NCBI GenBank assembly: GCA_910592345.1
Contig: CAJVPI010000246.1
Location: 1-39,399 of the forward strand
Origin: Paraglomus brasilianum
Taxonomy: Eukaryota
DNA: 39,399 nt
Direction: 5' to 3'
The notes beneath the pieces are model-generated. The model was given only the letters and a program-made list of their open reading frames with translations. It searched no databases and was not told where the DNA came from. Below, one piece after another: positions 10,932 to 22,634 of the stretch. How positions within the stretch are numbered: the stretch's first letter is position 1; each line of letters starts with the position of its first letter. A program made the position numbers and the translations under genes.

Positions 10932-11591
10932 ATGCCTTCGTCACCTGCACGGCGGCGAGAAGCACGGAGACTTCGCCGAATTACGCCCCCTCGACCTTTG
11001 AACGCATTTTTTTTATTTCGCCGGGATGTTCAAAGAAGTTTGAGCGCTAGTCAACCTGCAATTACGCAACAACTAATTTCCCAATACGCTTCTCAGAAGT
11101 GGCGAATGCTTCCAGATAATGAACGGAAGAGATATCATCGTACTGCAGAAGTGGCCGCAGAACTTCACAAGCAAATGTACCCAGATTATATTTATAGTCC
11201 GAAGCGGCAGAATAATGGTGGTGGGTTTAGGGTGAGATTTGATAATGGCATTTTTTCATGGAATAGTAGTGTTAAGGATAAAGGGAGAGACAATAAAAAC
11301 GCAATTGTAAGTCATTTTTTTGCGTCGGAACCAAACAGTTTTGATTCCACAAAATTTATTGGCAACTTTATTCAGATAGACTCTACTGACGAAAAAATAA
11401 GCCCCACAATGATTTCTCAGTCGAACAATATCATTTCTCCACCAACTATTCATTATCCGAGTGCCAATAGTCTAGTCACACTCCCCTCCATTAATACGAT
11501 CGGAAATCAGCAACCATTTTCACAATTATTAACACCGCTAGAACCTACTATCACGTTCACATTTACCTGTAAAATTGCGGCATCTTTGTAA
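10932..11591 (+). CDS. MATA-type HMG-box transcription factor (copy 2), 219 aa, intronless
   Basis: PPRPLNAFFLFRR...ISQYASQKWRMLPDNERKRYHRTAEVAAELHKQMYPDYIYSPKR is a complete HMG box. A TATATAA lies at about 10734. Confidence 0.93.
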   Translation: MPSSPARRREARRLRRITPPRPLNAFFLFRRDVQRSLSASQPAITQQLISQYASQKWRMLPDNERKRYHRTAEVAAELHKQMYPDYIYSPKRQNNGGGFRVRFDNGIFSWNSSVKDKGRDNKNAIVSHFFASEPNSFDSTKFIGNFIQIDSTDEKISPTMISQSNNIISPPTIHYPSANSLVTLPSINTIGNQQPFSQLLTPLEPTITFTFTCKIAASL

Positions 11592-12843
11592 TCAAAATAG
11601 AGGTCAAATATGTCAAACATTTAGCATGCTAAGAATTATTTATGTCTAACCTTTTATGGGAGCTTTTAAATGAGTATAAGATAAGAATCAAGCGATCAAT
11701 AAGCAAACCTGTATGACTTGTATAACTCAATTAATTAAACTTATATTTAACATCAATGTTACCCGTTTTTTAGATTTTGCTGTAATGTATAGAGCGTAGA
11801 CAAAATTTTGATATTAATATTAATGCTTTTTTAATGGGTTCTCATATAGTAATGTATATTAGTATATACACTGTAGTGATAATCAAAACCATGACTTCTT
11901 GTGTAGAAATACCTAATATTAAATATCAGTCTTCAGATTTAATACTACTATTCAGAATAGAATCTTTTCCTCTTTTATCTATTTTTTCTAAGGTGCTCGT
12001 TTTTTTAGTTTAGTCTTGAACAGTTATTGTGCTTCAGCAGTTCTCTATATTAACAATTATTATATTAGCTATATAATAACGAGAAGATGTAAATTTTAGA
12101 GTTATCATTAGTTTCTGCAGTTAAAATAGTTTTCATAAAAAACTTTATTATTTATTTATCTTATTGTATTTTTATTTTTATTTAACTTTAACTTTTTTCT
12201 AATAAAAAAAAAGTCTATTATACCAGGAATCCAGATTTGTCATACTTACAATTACTACCATAATAGTAAGCAAACAAATCAGATAATCATCGTGGCTGTA
12301 GCATAATTGCAGGCTGAAATGCAAACAAGTGAACCAATGACCAGATATGAACTTTTTAAATTATCCGAGTGGTTAGAAACTTACTCCTTAATATCAGGTG
12401 ACAGGTCTATGCGCGACATTTGTTAATAATTAACCGGAAATATACCCTAGAGAATTAAAGCCAAAGTGAATGGGGTGGATTTTTCGATAATTAGATTGCT
12501 TAAGCGCCATCCGTTGAGCCTTGATTTGCCTTGACACAATTGTAATCAAACGGTATTAATAACGTAACAATAATCCAATTTGCGTAAGCACAATTTTAAT
12601 AAAAATTAATAAAAGCACATTAATTGCACAAGAGGAAAAATACATGTACTCATATCCAAAAAGCCATTATTGAGCATAGCTTATTTCTTTGGTCAATCTA
12701 ATGTAATTCTATTTTGGTTAGTAATATCATCTTTGATACTATCAGAAAAACGTCTATTTTTTCTATTTATCGTTATCGTCTTTGTTCTTTACGATTTCTC
12801 TTTTTCTCATCAATTTACTGTTATGTTGAACTACCTCTCTGGC

Positions 12844-12905
12844 TTTTTTTTTTTTCGATTTTTTTTTTTTTTTTTTATTTTTTTTTTTTTTTTGTTTCTT
12901 TTTTT

Positions 12906-12940
<35 letters not shown>
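12844..12940 (+). repeat. Long poly(T)/T-rich tract
   Basis: About 97 nt of T with a few interruptions. It explains the spurious poly-F and poly-K ORFs in the track. Confidence 0.95.
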
Positions 12941-12945
<5 letters not shown>

Positions 12946-13997
12946 TCTTGCCATGGAATTAGTGATGGCGTCTTTTCTTACATTTTGCCAAGTAACTTAT
13001 AAATTTCAAACGTAATTCTATAAATACTCCAAAAAAGAATTCACCCGAGAATTGAGCTTTTTTTTTTTTTTTGCAAACGTTTGTTGATGGCAATGGATAT
13101 TGTTAGTTTTACAATATTTATTGCGGTTTGTGTGTTTATTCTAAATGTGAGTAAATTGTTAAGATTCTTAATATTGTATGTAGACGTCGTTGATGCCACA
13201 AGTATATTAACAGCACGAGACATCATGTCACGTAAAACGATGGCCACTAAAATCGAACAGGCCTCGAAAAAGAGCGAAAACTAGAGGTATTTTCAGACAT
13301 TCGTTGTAAATAAAAATATGTTGTCGAGTCAACAATCGTGGGAGAGCAATCATTGTCAACTCTAGGGATTTAGCGGAGCTGTGGCTTCTGCTTTTAGTTA
13401 AATACAACAACAGTTAGTGACCCGTAAATTAGGCTTTACTGCTCACAACCTTGTAGACATTAATTCTAGACAGTTATTCAGCCCTCGAGTCAATTGACCA
13501 TTCCTTTCTGATGGGATTTATCCAAATGCATTTCCACTTAAGCGAATAACAAGCATAATGTCACCACGGGATAAGAAGTGAATATTCATAATTAATATAA
13601 CGTCGGGGTCTCTTAATTGTTTTTGTTTCAAAAGTGCCTAGCATCTGTCATCTCTTTAAGTATTCTATCTGCCCGTCCTCTCCATCCTTTTTTTTTTTAT
13701 TATTTAGGGAATAGAATCATAGTCAATGTATTGTTTTTGGTACCTTTTTCTGATTCATCATCAATATCTTCTCCATCGTTTACTAGGTTTTCTGTTCATT
13801 CATTCTTTTCCCAATTGCATGGAATATAAAAATTATAACAATCTCAAAATTTCTCATAATCTTCCCCCTATCTGAGGTAAGCAAATCGTCAGATGATGTA
13901 TATTTCTTTACATCAATAAGTATAATGCTTACACGATGTCCAATCAAACACCGAATCTGCTCATCAAATAACTATTGATTCACCTTCTCATTGTTCA

Positions 13998-14718
13998 ATG
14001 GTATTGCTATCGTTGTGCACTTACCTAACTCGCAGACACAACTTTGTGCCGTTATTCACGAAACCATCTTCTTTAGCAATGACGTCTAGTAGCGAATGTC
14101 AAAATTCGTCGGATACTTCGCGTATTGTATATGTGACTTGTCCCAATGAAGAGGTGGCAAAGCGACTATCCCGAGGTTGTTTAATTTGTCACGTATTATA
14201 CAATTTAGAATATCGAATCATAGAAACATGTTTGCGTATACTCCATTCTAGGGCTATTAGTGCAGAAACTTGTTGCATGTGTCAATATCATACCAAGTGT
14301 AACTTCATTGTATCGTAAGTCCTGCAAGCATGCGTGATACATTAAATTCGAACATTTTGCTTATTTTGCATGTCTGTCTTACAGTATGGGGAGATGGAAT
14401 TGAAGAGTCAACGGAACATCTCATGATGATCAAGACAGAGCAGAAACATGTGATGGAACTGACAAACTATGTAAATCAAAATCATGTATATGAAGTTCCG
14501 GAAGTCATATCTGTGAAGGTAAATAATAAACATCAGCGATGTACCATACATTGTTATAATGTCAGAGGATGTTATCACTACAATTTCTTTATGGTCGATG
14601 ACCAATATTCTGACTTTATGCGCTAATTAATTCATGTTCACCTGCTTACGAATAGATTGACGGAGGGAGCGAGAAGTATATCGACTGGATCAGAAAGAGC
14701 GTAAAACCTTTACAATAA
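13998..14718 (+). CDS. cutA: CutA (divalent cation tolerance family) protein; exons 13998-14175, 14252-14314, 14385-14518, 14656-14718; alternative ATG at 14079
   Basis: The spliced product reads IVYVTCPNEEVAKRLSRGLLVQKLVACVNIIPSVTSLYLWGDGIEESTEHLMMIKT...HVYEVPEVISVKIDGGSEKYIDWI, the classic CutA motifs. All three introns are GT-AG and keep the frame. Confidence 0.92.
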
Positions 14719-14870
14719 GTATAATCAATCTCGGAAAATTTATTGAACAGAGTTCTGTAGTAGCCTATTAAATCCTTGATAGACACCATACATGACATCC
14801 ATAAGATAAAAAATGTATAATACAACTGTACAATCGGCATGTTTCATTCGTTCGTTATGTGTTTACGCAT

Positions 14871-15665
14871 CTATTCTGTCTCATATAAGACACTCTTTTT
14901 CTCAGTCACAGATCCGTTTTCATTTCCAAAGTAAGCGATTTGTGCTAAGCGTACGAATAGTCCAACCTCGACGACTCCTGTCAACATCTTGATCTTTCTC
15001 ATTAAATCGTCGGGATCATGAATCAATCCGAAATGTGCATCAATTACGAAATTCCCGTTGTCAGTTATAACGGGACCAGCCTTCGCCTTAGCCATTCTTA
15101 GTACGGGGTTGCCGCATCCTAACGTTTTCAACGCCATGATTACACGCGTATACGCAAATGGAATGACTTCAATAGGCACGCCCCGTGTCCAGTTCTCTCC
15201 CAAAACCTTTGAATTTTTCCTATGATCAGCGACGATAATAAACTTCTTGGCAGCCTCAGCAATAACCTTTTCTCTTAGATGACATCCTCCTCCACCTTTG
15301 ATGGCGTTGAGATGCTCATCTACCTCATCTGCTCCATCAATTGTTACATCAATCTCGGGGTACGCATCAACATCACCCAGCGTCAGTCCATGTTGTACTA
15401 TTAATTCCTTCGATTGAAAACTAGAGGGAATGAATACAACATTATTGTTTGCTTCTTTACCTCGTTGGAGAATACGCTCGATTACATAGACAACTGTTGA
15501 ACCGGATCCTATTCCGACAACTTTTGTTGTTGGAGGTATATATTCGTCAACTGCTTTATAAGCAGCCCGACGTTTAGCATCATCAATAAGAGAAGAGGAC
15601 ATCGAGAATTGACGTCGAAGTAAATGCTTGAAGAACAAATTTCGGAATCGGATGGTAAGTGCCAT
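14871..15665 (-). CDS. RKI1: Ribose-5-phosphate isomerase A, intronless; second in-frame ATG at 15602
   Basis: Carries the RpiA motifs GIGSGST, DGADEVD, IKGGGG, EK and TDNGN. Confidence 0.97.
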   Translation of the reverse strand: MALTIRFRNLFFKHLLRRQFSMSSSLIDDAKRRAAYKAVDEYIPPTTKVVGIGSGSTVVYVIERILQRGKEANNNVVFIPSSFQSKELIVQHGLTLGDVDAYPEIDVTIDGADEVDEHLNAIKGGGGCHLREKVIAEAAKKFIIVADHRKNSKVLGENWTRGVPIEVIPFAYTRVIMALKTLGCGNPVLRMAKAKAGPVITDNGNFVIDAHFGLIHDPDDLMRKIKMLTGVVEVGLFVRLAQIAYFGNENGSVTEKKSVLYETE

Positions 15666-16009
15666 ATACGCAAATGAGGCAATTCTGCAAAGTAACGTGA
15701 CACTAAATATGGCGCCCCGTTAAATGGAAGTTAATATTAAGCGTGCATTTATGCTTAGACTGCACAGCTCAGTTCAAATAAAGAGATCCTGAAGCTTTTA
15801 GAAAATTTATTATTGTATACATGTATAACTTGATTAGCAATGCATCAGAAATCAAAATCTGGGTTCTACGGAATAGAGTAAGAGTGTGATATGCTTGCCT
15901 ATGGTTCAAGATTGAGATTTATGCCGCGCATATGTATTGAATTCATTAACTGTACAGTACCCTACCAGAAGTGAATGTTCACCATATCTACGTTTTGTAA
16001 CTTTCAATA

Positions 16010-16430
16010 GGTGCTGTGCATAATTTGAGTGAGAAATGGCTACTTATGTTATAGATAGAGATTATTGTAAAAAAATAACTTAAACAAGTCACCGTTAACT
16101 ATTTTTTGTAACCTGTTTCTCACATTCAAAATATATAAATACAAAGTTTCTGATATTTAGTGGGATAACCTCTTTCTATTACAGCAGTTAGCAAGAAACT
16201 GAATCACATCATTGCCTATTTGTAACCACTCTCTGTTGGTAATGGATGGTGTGTTCTGATCTTTCTTTTAGAACATCCCATAATAATAAGTGTTCAATGG
16301 GAGTTAGATCAGGACTTTGGGCTGGCCAGGGAAGACAGGTTAAGTTATTTCTAGTCTTCCATTCATTTTTTAGATATTAATATGGAGTTCTTGAAAAATA
16401 TCTTCAAGAGTATCCAAATATGGTAAATTG
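16010..16430 (-). mobile_element. Decayed Tc1/mariner-family transposase 3' remnant with a probable terminal repeat
   Basis: The minus strand reads NEWKTRNNLTCLPWPAQSPDLTPIEHLLLWDVLKER (motif at 16290-16328) and ends AVIERGYPTKY (about 16153-16185), with frameshifts and deletions. TA-GGTGCTGTGCATAATTTGAG at 16008-16029 is a plausible end. Confidence 0.8.
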
Positions 16431-17047
16431 CAAGATATTAATAGCATTACCAAAGCGAGTGGAACCGGCCCGTTGCAACGCGCCAAACTTGCCAGCCTTT
16501 CATGAATATAATTGGTGGCAATTTATTATTGACTAGTACTTTGTAACATTACAGGCTCTTACTCATTGTAGACCTTTTCATAGAGGCTCGGTATTTATTT
16601 TACTTTCAAATAAGATAAAGAATATTTCGTGCATTATACTGATATTCACTATTATGTCATAATCAGACCTTCTGGATGTAAAATAAATCGATATAACGAG
16701 AACAACAGCGACAATTCTATCATTTTTAACGACTTCACCGCGTCGATTACTTAGCCCTTGAAAGTAATGGTGCACTGTGAACGTGGTGACTTTGCATATT
16801 ATCGTGTTTAATCTCATAATCTCCCAATATACATAAAAAATATTCATCTTCCATATAAATACACTGAAGACAACTAATACTTGAGTAAATAGTATACAAA
16901 GAATTGCAATAATATCATTGAAATTGGATGCCGTTTTCTAAATATTCAATAATGATACAATCAAGCTCGCTTGCCATTAGAAAGCTTGTCATTGTTCAAA
17001 GTGAATGCGTCTATTGACATAATATAATTATATTAATAGCTTCTTAA

Positions 17048-19532
17048 TCATTTCCTGTACAGCATTGTTTCAACCCGCTTCTTCCGTCTTTCACGGAAGA
17101 AATTGCGACGTCTCTCGATCTCTTTACGAGTTATATCACAACCCACTTTCCGTCGACGGAAACATATCTAAAAAGAAACAAGTTAGTTATCTTTTAAGAA
17201 TTCAACTGGGTGATGAAAACATTACAAACACATGTATTACCCCCATTAGCTTGTGACAATCGATTATGCCTTTAGGAATGTTCTGTACTGTTTGGAAAAC
17301 TTCCATTGCATCTTCAACAGCAAGAATTTTATTTTCATTCGACTTAAAGATCGCTAATGCCACCCGAAAGAGTACCTTATTTCCCTCACTTCATGAAGTC
17401 AAACAATTAGTATATATTATAAGTCTGCTCTATAAAGTGAATTAGTTCTTTGTATATTACTTACTAGAAGAAGCAATCCCAAACTCTCAGCATCGTCTAT
17501 AAAAAATTAAAATCACTCAATAATATCATCCAAAATTTGCAGACTGTAATCAACGTTCAAAACCCGCACAAAAAAATAAACTAACCTCGATGGGGAGGAT
17601 ATGTATATATAAAGTCAAAAACCAGTGACTCGTAACAAGAGTTATAATAGGCATATTCCCATCTAACTTCTCCATATCCCATCCAAATCCGCCACTCAGT
17701 TTACTCCATATGTGAGGCATCTTCTCCATTATAAACATCATTAACACGGCCTGATCTACATTAGATCCTTCCATTGTAACATCATACATATTTTCTGGAA
17801 GGTAATCATGTATCATTGTAACAAGAGTCCAGAAAGCTTTCTCTTCCTCCATGAATAAAAGAAGCAGACCAGCAACATAGTTAAGAGATTGACAATATCC
17901 AATATTAGGAGAGAACAAAGAGAATGCAACGAGAACACGCCTAAGTGATTGAATCATTGGGACATTCTCAGTCGCAAGAGTTGATGAAGGATCGTCTGTA
18001 AAATCTGTGGTTGCTTTGAATTTGATATTCTCGGGAAATGTTCTATGGAGGTCTAGCAAATTAAAGATATAGAATGTATGGTCCTTGTCACTTTTTGTTG
18101 CATAACATCGAGAAATTGCTGCCGTCAATAATTACCGCGCTCAATGATTTCTGCATATTCATTCTGTGTCTTTGGGTCCAATGATTTCATTACGAGCATG
18201 TCATACAAACCAGGATGAACTTTCATTTTTGTTTCGGCACCACTGTAATGAAACCATACCTATAATGGTTAGACTACATGAGTATCCAATTACTGTATAT
18301 GGAGTAGATCCATGTGATTTATAGATGTGCATCTCACCTGTCCGCGCAAAGAAGGCGGAATACCTTTCCTAATATATCTCTTTACTGATATGGATATGAA
18401 CGAATGTAAGTAAAATGCAGAACACTCACAAGTATTTTTACGTTCATAAAGGTTACATGCATTCACATTCTTCTATCATGTTATACCTCAAATTAAAAAA
18501 CATACTTTTGCTATTCCTACTGGGAAACAAGCCACCATTTTCTGTCAACAGTGCATCCCACTTGATTTTACGTCTTGCCTGAATTCGTGAATACACTGCT
18601 TCAAATTCTGCATACTTCTCCCGACTTATCCATTGATACGATTTCTTAAATCCATACTGATCCCTAATAAAGAAACCTCGTCTGTCAAAGAGATCTACGA
18701 TGCTCGAATCAAGATCAACAGCCATATATAATATACTATATTTGATAACACTGTAATACTGATCGTATTATGACACTTAATACGTTGTTGTCCATAAATA
18801 CCTATCGCTGTTCCGGCCAGCCCCATTCACAAATCCATAATTGAAATTAGACATATTCATATGATCCTTCATGGATGTGCTGGATGGGGTTCTTTCCAAA
18901 GTGCGAGACAGGTAACTAGGAGCTATAGAATTAGGTGACTGAAGAACATCATCGCCCGAGAAACTGCTTAGTGATGAACATCTTGTCTCAGCAATACTGC
19001 TCCCAGAAGGAGATGGCGATCGATTGCGGGATCTGCTAAGTCTACCGTAGGATGGAATGGCCAAGTTATTAACATTCTCATCTTCGGAGTGTCTACGCTC
19101 TACTCTCTCACGTCGTCTAGAATAGTTGTTTGCAGGTGATATATTTGCATTTTGATTTTTATCTTCACAACTTTCGTAGTATTGCGAGAGAACGTGTTCT
19201 GGACTCGGTGGTTCTTGCGCGCGCTGATTCTTGAGAGTAAAAGACGAACTCAAGGGGCTTGGTCTATGAGCTGGGTTATATATTTGAGAAGACGAGGACG
19301 AAGAAGGAAAGTCATACGAGGGTTGTCTCCTAATACCATAATCAGTATCACGGGTACGAGTTACGTTTAGTGAAGGTCGTCGTCTAGCTGTTGTTTGCAT
19401 GGGCGTCCAAGCGGAGTTGACTGTTAGCCGTGATCCGTCGTTTGGAGGAGAGTTTGTTCTAGAATAGTCATCAAATATAGACGAATAGTGGGAATCTCTT
19501 TGAGTGTGTTGGGTGTGGCTGTTTGTTATCAT
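17048..19532 (-). CDS. TBC-domain Rab GTPase-activating protein (Msb3/Msb4-like); exons 19532-18802, 18735-18506, 18384-18338, 18259-18136, 18052-17586, 17496-17465, 17388-17241, 17167-17048
   Basis: The spliced product contains RDQYGF, IRKGIPPSLRGQVWFHYSGA, IERDLHRTFP (R finger), GYCQSLN (Q finger) and [22 protein letters not shown]. The N-terminus is Ser/Arg-rich and probably disordered. Confidence 0.92.
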
Positions 19533-20758
19533 TCAAACTATTTTATTGGAGGAATTTAAGAAATGTTCAAGATCGTCCAGAGTTAAGTATTTGGAAAAAT
19601 GGAGGAGTGGTGTTAAGGGATTAGAGATGGCTATTGAATGATGCGTTGTTGTCAATTTTCGTAAAAAAATAATTATAATAGGAGGAATGGATGCTTGATA
19701 AGGTGTTTTGTTAGGGAAAGACTATTTGTCGCTTGAGTCCGGTAACGAGGATGATAAGGAATGGTATGCAGTTGGGAGGGAGGAGATAGCAGAGGTCAGA
19801 CTCGAGCTAGATGCAGTCAACTAATTAATTAATAGAAGGAAACCCCAAATGCAATCGCCAATCTTATGAATCTATTGTGGTTGGCTCCCAACACATCGTC
19901 CCTCTGCAGCAATGCATCACGAGGCGAACAATCACCAAGTTCAGTAATGCATCTTTCCTTCAAATCAGAGTTTATTCTGGTAAGTTTGTCCCAATTTTGT
20001 TTACTTGAATAAAAAATCATCAAAAATGGATCGACTCAATGTGGATCAATAAAAATTTATGGAACATCAACAAACCCAATTTTTCATCTCAAAAGGATTT
20101 GGGTTACTCTGAATTGACGAATGTTCAGTATGAACAATACTACAGACTTATAATGATACACGGACAACAACATAGGATCATTAATATTATCTTCTTGGTT
20201 CAATGAAGTTTGATTTAGTGAAAACATCGACCCAAGGCAATTTATATAGATTACCCCGATATTAATATTGAGACTATTTTTGTAATAATTGATCTAGCCG
20301 TAATTGGTACTCGTGAAAATCGTTAAACCAAATATATTAATATCAGACAACAGGGAAAACATGCAACGAGATACAGACATCAAAAAGCAAATACTATCGT
20401 AACGACAAGCAAACCAAGTGTCAGACATGTTCTCATACATATGCAATATTCGTGATGAAACGTGGTAGATGCAAATGCGATAAACTATTTAAATTTGCAT
20501 TAATATTAAATCAAGACCACCAAATGACAAATTCGTAATTCTAAATAGTCTCTGCCAATGCATTCCGCATGCAATGGGATCTCACTCATGTCTCACAAGT
20601 ATGTCCATACATAATATATATTCTCATATGCTACATATGATACTTCATCTCTTGACCTTAATCTCTTGATTTCAGATCATTCTATCCACTTTCCAATAAC
20701 AGCTCCTACGATGCACTCTCGTCATAGCATTTGGCACCGCTAAGCAAATATACAATAA

Positions 20759-22634
20759 TTATCCATTTGGAGAATGAAACTCTGTTGGTGAATGTGATGC
20801 AAAAATAAACGATTCAATCTGTTGTTTGGATAGCTGTGGATCCTTCGAGAGACTAAGAGCAAACAAAATATTTAAGTGAGAAAAATATGAAACCAAATTT
20901 AGGAGAAAGGTTTAAAACTACTATGCGATAAATGTAACTATATTATTTGAACTTTACTTACTGAGTTTGCTTGAACTTGTATTGATCGTGCTCGTACAAA
21001 AAGTATCTTGGCCTCCAATCAATTCCCTCAGCCTCACGTGTCTTTGCATCATTACGCTGAGTATCCTCTATCAATGTCTTCTCTTGTGTTGCCAAGTCCA
21101 AATTTCTACCTGCTATTGCTGATGTTACTTTCTGCCATAATCTATAGAACAACGAACAGGAAAGTCAATAAGACATTATAAATGTATCACACGTGTCTTG
21201 CCCATAATCTCACCTTCTTGATTCATTTGGTTCCTGTTCAGACTCTGGAGCTACTGTCTTTGGATGTATTTTCGCTCCATGAACATCAAATAAAACTTCC
21301 TTCTTCCCTGTCTAAAAAAAATACATATGATAAGAATAAGATGTATGCTAAACCGCAAACCAAAGAATCTTCTTATAGAGTCAACCTACTTTGAGATCTT
21401 TAATATACATGATATCCGACCATTTCCCACCAATTTCATAAAGACTCTCTCCTGTCGATTCTATCTTTATTTTACCTACGATAGCATTATAGGAACCGGA
21501 AAAGAATCCCTAAATCAACCAAACATGCAATGAGAAAAAAAAACATTCACAATAAGTACATAAATGAAACTATATTTCAAATCACACCCCGAAAAGTTTC
21601 ATTAAACCGTCCATACCTTCGTTTTAAACTCTAGCTCGCAGATCAAATCGTGTTTTTCACATCGTACCACTGACGCATCACCCAGTTCAAGTACCATTCT
21701 TCCAAACAAAATACCCCTCGCATAGACATTTGGCATAACAATAGAATAGACCTCTCCTGGACGATTTGTAAAATAGATCCTCGACTCTCCCTGCATCAGA
21801 GTTGCTGCGCTATTACCAAGAAATCTCGATTTGGGTCGAATGTCACCCGAGATAATTAGATTATTCTCGGGACTGGCATAATAATAGGCTGAAATAGGTG
21901 GATGATGTGATACTTGTTCGGATACATAATACGCCTCGGTATTATCTGAAAATTTCCAGCGAGCACGAAAATGTTCACCGAGAATCGGATTGTAAGGCTT
22001 CTTGACACCCTATACAGATCATACAAGCCAAATGTAAGACGTTTGTAGTCAGTTAATGGGCGTAAAAGTAAATCCTGTACGAGAAATAGCCTTGGTATGT
22101 CAGAGAACAAGTATACCCGAATGTCAGTATAAGTACCTTTGGTTTAATATGCCATCCTGATAAATAATATCGAACCACACCCACAAATCGTTTCGTCGGA
22201 TTTGGTTCTCTTGCCACACTATCAACACGATAATAAAGACTCGATTATAATAACGATCACACCATAGCATCTCGCACAAAAATACGATAATCTTCATCTA
22301 AGTCAACTCCGGGTTCGACAACCAAATTCACACAAATCAGAAGTTTTATTTGTCTACTGAAAAATCTATATATCGAAAGATCATAACTTTTCAACCGTTC
22401 AAGATCTACTGTTTCCACTTAATATGGAGTTTACCTTAATATTAACTCGGGGTGACTCATAAAGTCAGTTATCCGCTCTAACATGCTGCGTGGTTCGAGC
22501 ACAAAGGTAGGCAAAGTAACACGGTGCAAATCCATACCTTTGCGCAACTGCGAGATGAGTCCAAGAAGGATACTACGTGGTTCGTCATCGAGAACTTCTG
22601 TATCAGTGGTATTAGCATTCTCCTCGTCAGCCAT
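20759..22634 (-). CDS. Oxysterol-binding protein homologue (Osh6/Osh7-like); exons 22634-22435, 22218-22137, 22009-21617, 21509-21390, 21311-21214, 21141-20962, 20852-20759
   Basis: Contains LPTFVLEPRSMLER, YLSGWHIKPKGVKKPYNPILGE, the OSBP signature EQVSHHPP, and GKWS. All introns are GT-AG and in frame. Confidence 0.94.

Noticed and set aside
6212..11591. Canonical Mucorales sex locus or ascomycete MAT locus
   Set aside because: No tptA, rnhA, SLA2, APN2, homeodomain or Ste2/Ste3-type gene lies in the window, and tandem MATA-HMG genes are common in this lineage.
11780..12210. CpG-poor AT-rich segment as a decayed transposon (similar segment at 37950-38340)
   Set aside because: I could read no recognisable protein motif, TIR or TSD, so it is left uncalled.
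12670..12962. Poly-Phe and poly-Lys ORFs (also at 5581-5796 and 6558-6765)
   Set aside because: They are artefacts of homopolymer tracts.
16467..16536. Helitron 3' end (GGCCCGTTGCAACGCGCC hairpin)
   Set aside because: The nearest CTAG is about 50 nt downstream instead of about 10-12, and no 5' TC end or RepHel remnant was found.
22305..22325. tRNA T-loop-like GGTTCGA in an OSBP intron
   Set aside because: There is no cloverleaf stem, D-arm or A box.
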